Under the pieces are notes generated by a model. That model ran no database searches, was not told the origin of the DNA, and was given only the letters and a program-made list of their open reading frames with translations. Below are positions 57,422-64,000 of a stretch of DNA of 64,000 bases, piece by piece (position 1 is the first letter of the stretch; the number at the start of each line of letters is the position of its first letter). This DNA comes from an uncultured bacterium (GTDB taxonomy: Bacteria; Fidelibacterota; UBA2242): positions 121,779 to 185,778 of the forward strand of contig CAZNUN010000004.1 in the NCBI GenBank assembly GCA_964576275.1. The letters are read 5' to 3'. Both the position numbers and the translations under genes were made by a program.

Positions 57422-60400
57422 ATGAAAAAAATATTATCAGTAATAATGATAGTATTGACAGTTTCGGCGCTTGTTTTTGGCGCTGAAAATATTACCAAGC
57501 CCCAGGTATTTGAAAAAGCAGCTGTTACCAGCGATGTCTGGATGAATGCAAATCGCATGAACGGTGTTTTTAGAAATAATGGCACCTGGTTCTATGACAA
57601 TGTATTAGGCGATTGGGGCCTGGAATGGCCGAAAGGCAGTGGACTCAGTCCAATTTTCGGTGCTGGACAATATATCGGGGCCAAAATCGACGGTGAAATT
57701 CGCGTCGCTGGTGTACAACACTCCGCGACTGAATTTCAACCCGGATTAATTTTATCAACAGATGTGGCGGGTAATAAAGCTGACGCCGCGTATCGTTGGT
57801 ATGAATTAAGACCAAATGGTGTTGGCGATTGGGCTACCTGGCCTACCGATCAGGGAGCGCCGGTAGATGCTACTGGTAATCCACTTCTGATTGGTGACCA
57901 GACAATCTATAGTGTCTGGAATGACTTGGCCAACCACGCTGAATATGGTACTAACAAGTTAAATGCCGAAGTCCATCAAATGGCCTGGGCGTTCGATCGC
58001 GCCAATGTCATGGGCGATATGATTTTTATCAAATGGACGCTAGTCAATAAAAGCGGTAAAAACTGGGAAGATACTTACTTCGTTATCTGGTCTGATCCGG
58101 ACTTAGGAAATGCCGGTGATGATCAGGTGGGTTGTGATACCACTCTCGGTCTCGGTTATTGCTGGAATGCGACCGATAACGATCAGAACTATGGCGGTGC
58201 TCCGCCGGCGGTTGGAATCGACTTCTTTCAGGGACCGATTGTGGATGGAGCCACAACGGATACCGTGACTTTACCGGATGGATCTGAATTCCCAGGTAAG
58301 AAAATGCTCAAAATGACATCCTTTATTTACTACAACAATGATGATTCTCCCCAAGGCAATCCAAGTAGTGGTATGGATGTCTATAATTACATGAGCGGTT
58401 TCTGGAGAGATGGTTCTCCGATTACCGAAGGTGGAGTAGGTACTAATCCGGCTAATCCACCAACCAAGTTCATGTTCTCAGGCGATCCGGAAACAGCCAG
58501 CGGTTGGTTAGATTCCAATCCGGCTGATCGCCGGTTCTTCATGACCACCGGTCCATTCACAATGGAAACATGGGTTGATTCAGACGGTGATGGTGTGGCT
58601 GAGTTTGGTGAACCCGGTGTGCAGGAAATCGTGGCCGGTTGCTTGGTGGCGCGCGGCTCGAATAATCTTAACAGTGTAACTTATCTGAAAGCTGTCGATG
58701 AAATTGCTCAGATAGCTTACGATATTAATTTTGAATTGCCACCGGCGCCAAAGACACCGATCGTTAGTGTAAGTGAATTACCCAATGAAGTTATTTTGAC
58801 CTGGGATGAACGCTCGGAATATAACGATGACGGCTCAGCTTATGAACAGGAAGACTTGGTAGCCAATGGTCTTATAGGTCAAAAAATGGTTGTCGGTACT
58901 GAATATAAAGAAGTCACTGACGGCACCTTTAATTTTACCGGTTACACCGTCTATCAGTATTCTGACGCTTCCGGAGCCGATCCGGTTGAATACCAAAAGT
59001 TTGGAGTAGATGAAATTGAATCGGCAGAAGATTATACTGGGCCTCGATATATCAGACTTCTGATTAATAAAAATCCGAAGGTCGCGAATGTAGGTGATCC
59101 GTTAGTGAATGGTAAAACATATTATTTTGGCGTGCAAGCTCGATCCTACTGCGAATTCGCTATTCCACAGGAGTTCCCGAGCTCGGTTACAATACTATCA
59201 GTTACCCCCCAGAATCATCCTGGCGAACGATATAGCTCAGTAACCGATAGTGCCTTGACGGTTAAGTACGCCCCGATAAATACTTCGGCTCCGGCCGGTG
59301 ATGGTTCCTGCGAGGTTACAGTTGTTGACCCATCCAAGACGACCGGTAAGTACTATCGGGTTAGTTTCAATGCTGATGCTACCTGGAATTTGTTATCTAG
59401 TGCGACAGACTCCAATGTTGTCACAGGAATAGACACGGTCTTAAAGAATCAGTCTAATCAGGCTGGAGATGATGCCTACAATGTCGTTGATGGTATGCTG
59501 GTAAAGGTCATTGGTCCTGCGGCTGGAATTAAGAAAATCTGTGAATTAAATCCAATTACTTTAGCGATCGCTGATGCCAACCTGTGGGGCAGTTTAAACA
59601 ATTACGGTCGCTCGCAACATTGGCCGGTATTTGTACTATCTGAAACTGCCGGAACAGATTTAACCCGGGTCGATCGGTTTGGGTTAATGACGCCCAAAGA
59701 CTATGATATTATCTTTACCGACACTGACAGTACCTTAGCTTGGGATTACACTTCTGATTTAGTATTAAAAGATACCCTGACTGGTTTGCCATCGTATGTT
59801 CCTTTTACAGTCTGGAGAATAGACCTTGACGGAACCAGGACCCGTTTGCCTGTTTGTGTATATGATCTGGATGGCGAAGGAACTTGGAGTCGTTCTTATG
59901 AAGGGGCGGTTTATGGTCCATCCTTCGACTGGCTTTATATTTATGACAATGCAGAGTATGATCCGGCCAATGTAGCCAATTATATCTCGACAAACGATGG
60001 AACGGTTGCTCCTGGATATGGACCCTGGGGGGTTACATATCCGGCTATTAACCGCTTTAACATCAATATGTATTCTGATGTAGATGGCTATGCCCAGGCG
60101 GGGGATCTGGATTCTGATGGATATTTCTATGGCCCGCCGCATGCCGGTGAATATATTCGGATTTATACGAATAAACCGAATACTACAAACGACCAGTTTA
60201 TCTTTAAAGCTCCGGATGCTAAGACTATGAACTTAGCCGATAAAAAAGTCGACTTAAAGAAAATTAACGTCGTTCCGAATCCCTATTACGGCTATCACAC
60301 TGATGAAATGAATATTTTCGAACGCTGGGTACGGTTTACGAACTTACCGGAAAAATGCACAGTCAAGGTGTTTGATCTGTCGGGACATTTGGTACGTGAA

Positions 60401-60571
60401 TTGGATAAAAACGATGCCACTACCACTTTTATGGACTGGGATTTGAAAAACCATTATGGACTTCCAGTGGCTAGTAGTGTTTATGTTTATCATGTGGATG
60501 TACCAGGTGTTGGTGAAAAGGTCGGCAAATTAGCGGTCTTTACGCCTAACGAAAGATTAGACACTTATTAA
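57422..60571 (+). CDS. large (about 1050 aa) uncharacterised secreted protein with T9SS-type C-terminal domain
   Basis: Signal peptide MKKILSVIMIVLTVSALVFGA after a GGAGGA RBS. The C-terminal roughly 100 aa (NVVPNPYYGYHTD...CTVKVFDLSGHLVREL...SSVYVYHVDVPGVG) look like a T9SS/FlgD-Ig-like sorting domain. No catalytic motif was recognised in the body. Confidence 0.65.
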   Translation: MKKILSVIMIVLTVSALVFGAENITKPQVFEKAAVTSDVWMNANRMNGVFRNNGTWFYDNVLGDWGLEWPKGSGLSPIFGAGQYIGAKIDGEIRVAGVQHSATEFQPGLILSTDVAGNKADAAYRWYELRPNGVGDWATWPTDQGAPVDATGNPLLIGDQTIYSVWNDLANHAEYGTNKLNAEVHQMAWAFDRANVMGDMIFIKWTLVNKSGKNWEDTYFVIWSDPDLGNAGDDQVGCDTTLGLGYCWNATDNDQNYGGAPPAVGIDFFQGPIVDGATTDTVTLPDGSEFPGKKMLKMTSFIYYNNDDSPQGNPSSGMDVYNYMSGFWRDGSPITEGGVGTNPANPPTKFMFSGDPETASGWLDSNPADRRFFMTTGPFTMETWVDSDGDGVAEFGEPGVQEIVAGCLVARGSNNLNSVTYLKAVDEIAQIAYDINFELPPAPKTPIVSVSELPNEVILTWDERSEYNDDGSAYEQEDLVANGLIGQKMVVGTEYKEVTDGTFNFTGYTVYQYSDASGADPVEYQKFGVDEIESAEDYTGPRYIRLLINKNPKVANVGDPLVNGKTYYFGVQARSYCEFAIPQEFPSSVTILSVTPQNHPGERYSSVTDSALTVKYAPINTSAPAGDGSCEVTVVDPSKTTGKYYRVSFNADATWNLLSSATDSNVVTGIDTVLKNQSNQAGDDAYNVVDGMLVKVIGPAAGIKKICELNPITLAIADANLWGSLNNYGRSQHWPVFVLSETAGTDLTRVDRFGLMTPKDYDIIFTDTDSTLAWDYTSDLVLKDTLTGLPSYVPFTVWRIDLDGTRTRLPVCVYDLDGEGTWSRSYEGAVYGPSFDWLYIYDNAEYDPANVANYISTNDGTVAPGYGPWGVTYPAINRFNINMYSDVDGYAQAGDLDSDGYFYGPPHAGEYIRIYTNKPNTTNDQFIFKAPDAKTMNLADKKVDLKKINVVPNPYYGYHTDEMNIFERWVRFTNLPEKCTVKVFDLSGHLVRELDKNDATTTFMDWDLKNHYGLPVASSVYVYHVDVPGVGEKVGKLAVFTPNERLDTY

Positions 60572-60606
60572 GCTGTGAATGTATCATGGACTTTAAAGGA
60601 GATAAT

Positions 60607-61641
60607 ATGAAAAACAAATATTTCGTAATTGGGCTAATAATGTTGCTCATTGTCTGTTCTCACAGCGTCTTTGCAAGTGCTCCAAAAATAGGTACGGCCG
60701 GTGCCGCTGAGCTCTTGATCCCGATGGGAGCCAAAAATGTCGCTATGAGTGGAGCAAACGTAGCTAATATTTCCGGAACAGATGCCATCTACTGGAATCC
60801 GGCTGGATTGGCTAATATCACTACCGGTGAAGCCACCTTCACTCAAATGAGTTACTTTGCCGACATGAAAGTGAGCTACCTCGCAGCCGGCGCAAATGCT
60901 GGCAAACTGGGTGCGTTCGGCGTTAGTGCACAGATTCTTAACATCGGAGATATTCCGGTTACGACAAGAAATATGCCTGAAGGTACAGGTGAAGTATTAC
61001 AACCGGATTACCTGACCCTAAGTGCAACTTATGCCAAGCGCTTCACCGACCGAATTCTTTTTGGTGCCAACACCAAGATTATTAGTGAGAAGATCGGCAC
61101 AATGAGTGCTTCGGCAGTCGGTTTTGATCTGGGATTACAGTACATTTCACAGACAGGACTGGCTTTTGGGGTTACTATGAAAAATATCGGTAGTAAAATC
61201 AAGTTTGATGGAACCAGTATCGAATTTGATGCGGATATCCCGTTTGCCAATCCTAGTGCAACAACCAGAAAGACTAAACTTGATATGGCTTCACACGAGC
61301 TGCCAGCCAGCATGAATTTAGGTATGGCTTATACCTATAATCTGGCCGGTCTCGGCAAGATTAATTTCTGCGGTACATATAACAACTATAGTTACTCCTA
61401 TGATGAAATATCTGCCGGAGCAGAATTTGCGTTAAAAGAGCTGTTGTTTGCACGGGCTGGTTACGTGATGCCTCTCTATCCCAGCGACTGGGAATATGAC
61501 GAAACTTCGGAATTTGGTTTATCGCTTGGTTTCGGAATTAACCTGAAGATGGCAGGCACAAACCTGATGTTTGATTATGCCTTCCGTCCGATGGCTACCT
61601 TCGATGCTAATCAGTACTTCTCGATGACTCTCGGTTTCTAA
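60607..61641 (+). CDS. PorV/PorQ-like outer-membrane beta-barrel
   Basis: Signal peptide. GTAGAAELLIPMGAKNVAMSGANVANISGTDAIYWNPAGLANI resembles the conserved N-terminus of PorV/PorQ (FadL-like) T9SS shuttle proteins. Ends in aromatic F. ATG at 60607 after AAGGAG. Confidence 0.6.
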   Translation: MKNKYFVIGLIMLLIVCSHSVFASAPKIGTAGAAELLIPMGAKNVAMSGANVANISGTDAIYWNPAGLANITTGEATFTQMSYFADMKVSYLAAGANAGKLGAFGVSAQILNIGDIPVTTRNMPEGTGEVLQPDYLTLSATYAKRFTDRILFGANTKIISEKIGTMSASAVGFDLGLQYISQTGLAFGVTMKNIGSKIKFDGTSIEFDADIPFANPSATTRKTKLDMASHELPASMNLGMAYTYNLAGLGKINFCGTYNNYSYSYDEISAGAEFALKELLFARAGYVMPLYPSDWEYDETSEFGLSLGFGINLKMAGTNLMFDYAFRPMATFDANQYFSMTLGF

Positions 61642-61665
61642 CCGGAACTGATCAATAGCGTTGTG

Positions 61666-61701
61666 AAAACGGCAGTCATAAATGACTGCCGTTTTCTTTT
61701 T
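61666..61701 (+). terminator. rho-independent terminator ending the TBDR-cargo-PorV-like locus
   Basis: AAAACGGCAGTCAT / ATGACTGCCGTTTT perfect 12-14 bp stem followed by TTTTCTTTTT. Confidence 0.85.
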
Positions 61702-61795
61702 AGGTGAATATAAACCCTTTTCCTGACTTAATCCGCGGTCGGATATAAAGTCCCGCTTTACAATTTATTTTCGAGGTCAGAAGCCGTACGCCGGC

Positions 61796-63937
61796 TCATT
61801 GGGCGTTATTTTGGAAATGCTCGAGGAAACCATTGAATATAGCCTGGGCGATTCTACCCAAACCGTCATCACCGGAAAACATCTTAGCGTCGTCAGCATG
61901 TAAGTGCAGATCAATGGAAATCGCCGCCCGATTCGTAAGTCTGATTTCCGGTTCATTTGACACTTCGATTTGAGTTTTATCGATTAATCCGGCGACGATC
62001 GCCTGTTTGGCAACCGCCTCCAGAAGCTTCCGGCCCGACTCGCTGCCGGCATAATAACCACCTTTAAACAGCATAGCCGATTGTCCGGCCGTATCGACAT
62101 TCAGTCTCAGGTAATAACCACCCTCCGGCATCTGGTTACAGAGTTTGATACGCTGGTCTTTTGTGAGAGTAATGTCCTTATCTCTAATCAGAAACACATG
62201 TGCTCCGGCTTCCTCGAATAAAGTGCGTAGCAGTGTGGCTAATTTCAAATTTGCCTGAGCCGAATTCAGCTGATCGGTGACTTTCCTTCCTGGTTCCAGA
62301 CCGCCGTACCGCGGGTCGATTACCAGGATAAAATCATGCAAAACGCCGGAATAGAGTGACTGCATCTGCATAGTGTCGATATTACTGATTCCGTCACGAA
62401 CAGTTGCCTGCAAACGCTGAGATGCGTAGCCGTTGCGCGAGAAAAGCAGTTCATGGTCACCAACCGCGACTTGCGGATAATAGTAAATACCTTGTGCATT
62501 GGTCAGTTGAATTAGGGAATCGGGTAAAAGAGTGACCCGGACGTTTTCGAGGGGGCGATCATCTCCCGCGTCGTGACAGAAACCGGCGATCAGAGTTATG
62601 TCTTTGTCAGCGAAGGAAATTTTAAGATTGGTCTTAGCGCGTCCGGACGAAAAATTCATGGTTGCCGTTCCCGGTTGCGTATCAGCCTGTACGATAAAAG
62701 ACGCCAGGCCATGCGAGGTGCCGGCTTTTGTTGGGCTGAGACAACCCCGATCGGTCATGCCCGTAACGCTATCATCATCGGCTACAGCCAGACTATCCGC
62801 ATCCAGCGCCATGACGTCGATTCCGGTGAAGGCTTTTCCATCTGCCGGCAGGCGGTCGTTCCAGCAGCTGGCGGAGATCAACCCAGCAGGCGGCGCAATA
62901 CGGAAACGCGCCGGACGCGGCAGGTTATGATTGCCGAGATAATTGGTAACCTCGGCGTCAACCGTGTGCCAGCCATTGGTCATTGGTTTATCGGGTGTGT
63001 GCATTAACAGGTTTTGATCGCGGTCTAAGATAAATGGTGCGATCGAATCGTCCAGAAAAAACGTTACCTGACGGCTGAAATATTGCTCGCGCGAAAGCAT
63101 CCAGCTGCCTTTACGTTCATGCAGACCGTCCTTGATCTTCATGTAGATGGTCGGTTGTTTGTTAGTAATGGTCGTATCGGGATGCGGTTCCACCAGAACG
63201 ACTTTGGGAATGCCGGCCGCTGCCCAACGAACGATTCCGAGATAAATCGCGTAGGCTTCCATACGGTTATAGGATGGCATATCCAGTAATTTTTCTTCCC
63301 GTGGATCGCTGAAAAAGGACGATTCCAATAAAATTCCAGGAACTTTTAGATGACGTAAAACCCCAAAACCATCCGGATACATCAGAAAATCCGAAAGCAA
63401 CCCGGTTGGCAACTGATCCGGAAGGCGCAGATTATCTTCCAGACTATGCTGAATATAGCGCGCCAGATCGAGGCTGACCGGCGAAAAGTCCGCATCGCCA
63501 TGATACCAGGTCGAAGCATAATTCGTTTTCGGATTATTGCACGCATTATGATGCAGAGAGATGAACATATCGACCTGATTGAGATTCGCGATGGCGGCGC
63601 GGCTCTTCAGATCGACGTCATCGTCGCCATAGCGGGTCAGAATCACCGTTGCGCCCGATTTTTCCAGAAATTCCTGCAGGTAAAAAGCCACCCGCAGGTT
63701 CATTTCGGCTTCCCGCACTCCGGTTGGTCCGCGTTTGTAATTCGGGATGTGGGCGTCGCCGCCGTGGCCTGGATCGAGACAGAACTTTAAACCTTTCAGA
63801 TATTGCGCCTGCGGCGGAACGGTGTAATCCGGTTTGGGAATGCGATGCCATTCGGTCGGTCCGCGCTGACGACCGTAGAAACCACAGGATTGAAAGATCA
63901 AAAAGCCCGAAAGAATTATTAATGGTAGTTTTTGCAT
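61796..63937 (-). CDS. N-acetylmuramoyl-L-alanine amidase (Amidase_3) with central Ig/CarboxypepD_reg-like region and a degenerate second Amidase_3-like domain
   Basis: N-domain CLDPGHGGDA...VREAEMNLRVAFYL...MFISLHHNA (Zn ligands intact). C-domain VIDPRYGG...SAQANLKLATLL...YYLRLNVD has the same spacing but with ligand positions substituted. Signal peptide/lipobox-like LIFQSCG. Confidence 0.8.
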   Translation of the reverse strand: MQKLPLIILSGFLIFQSCGFYGRQRGPTEWHRIPKPDYTVPPQAQYLKGLKFCLDPGHGGDAHIPNYKRGPTGVREAEMNLRVAFYLQEFLEKSGATVILTRYGDDDVDLKSRAAIANLNQVDMFISLHHNACNNPKTNYASTWYHGDADFSPVSLDLARYIQHSLEDNLRLPDQLPTGLLSDFLMYPDGFGVLRHLKVPGILLESSFFSDPREEKLLDMPSYNRMEAYAIYLGIVRWAAAGIPKVVLVEPHPDTTITNKQPTIYMKIKDGLHERKGSWMLSREQYFSRQVTFFLDDSIAPFILDRDQNLLMHTPDKPMTNGWHTVDAEVTNYLGNHNLPRPARFRIAPPAGLISASCWNDRLPADGKAFTGIDVMALDADSLAVADDDSVTGMTDRGCLSPTKAGTSHGLASFIVQADTQPGTATMNFSSGRAKTNLKISFADKDITLIAGFCHDAGDDRPLENVRVTLLPDSLIQLTNAQGIYYYPQVAVGDHELLFSRNGYASQRLQATVRDGISNIDTMQMQSLYSGVLHDFILVIDPRYGGLEPGRKVTDQLNSAQANLKLATLLRTLFEEAGAHVFLIRDKDITLTKDQRIKLCNQMPEGGYYLRLNVDTAGQSAMLFKGGYYAGSESGRKLLEAVAKQAIVAGLIDKTQIEVSNEPEIRLTNRAAISIDLHLHADDAKMFSGDDGLGRIAQAIFNGFLEHFQNNAQ

Positions 63938-64000
63938 CTCTGTCCTAATTTTTTCAGATAACGCCGGGAAATTAGAAATGAATTACTCTAAAGACAAAAT

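Overview
This is a gene-dense 64-kb chromosomal segment with about 50 CDS and one tRNA. I found no transposase, integrase, CRISPR array or rRNA. Several proteins end in T9SS-type C-terminal sorting domains and there is a PorV/PorQ-like barrel, so by inference the source is an uncultivated member of the FCB (Bacteroidota-like) superphylum. Gene order is as follows. (1) korABC 2-oxoacid:ferredoxin oxidoreductase, with korA cut by the window edge. (2) A 996-aa GlnE-like protein with two nucleotidyltransferase domains. (3) A signalling cluster: NMT1-like binding protein, Cache-HAMP-GAF histidine kinase, CheY-like regulator and regulator-PP2C phosphatase, followed by an AT-richer block with an LCM-type methyltransferase, an internally duplicated 154-aa protein and a PAS kinase. 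(4) A 9-gene branched-chain amino-acid super-operon, ilvD-ilvB-ilvN-ilvC-cimA-leuA-leuC-leuD-leuB, preceded by a clear Ile/Leu/Val leader-peptide attenuator. (5) Aconitase, isocitrate dehydrogenase and citrate synthase. (6) An orphan KamA-family radical-SAM gene. (7) A small protein followed by MoxR and DUF58, and a TPR lipoprotein. (8) mtnA plus a PfkB kinase, a metallophosphoesterase, a CBM-esterase, an LptF/G permease, NhaC, an EEP nuclease/phosphatase, a CaCA antiporter and a NagB/PIG-L fusion. (9) nusB, secA, a cohesin-like T9SS cargo, tRNA-Leu(UAG), tig and clpP. (10) An AT-rich locus encoding a TonB-dependent-receptor-like barrel, a roughly 1050-aa uncharacterised T9SS cargo and a PorV-like barrel. 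(11) A two-domain amidase. The most interesting signals are the minimal three-segment ilv attenuator, the TBDR/T9SS-cargo/PorV-like locus, a family of short phased intergenic repeat arrays (CGTAAC heptamers; GTCATTC at 10-11 bp spacing) that share exact 10- and 11-mers between distant sites, and the GlnE-like protein next to kor. All functional calls rest on motif recognition by eye. No database search was run.
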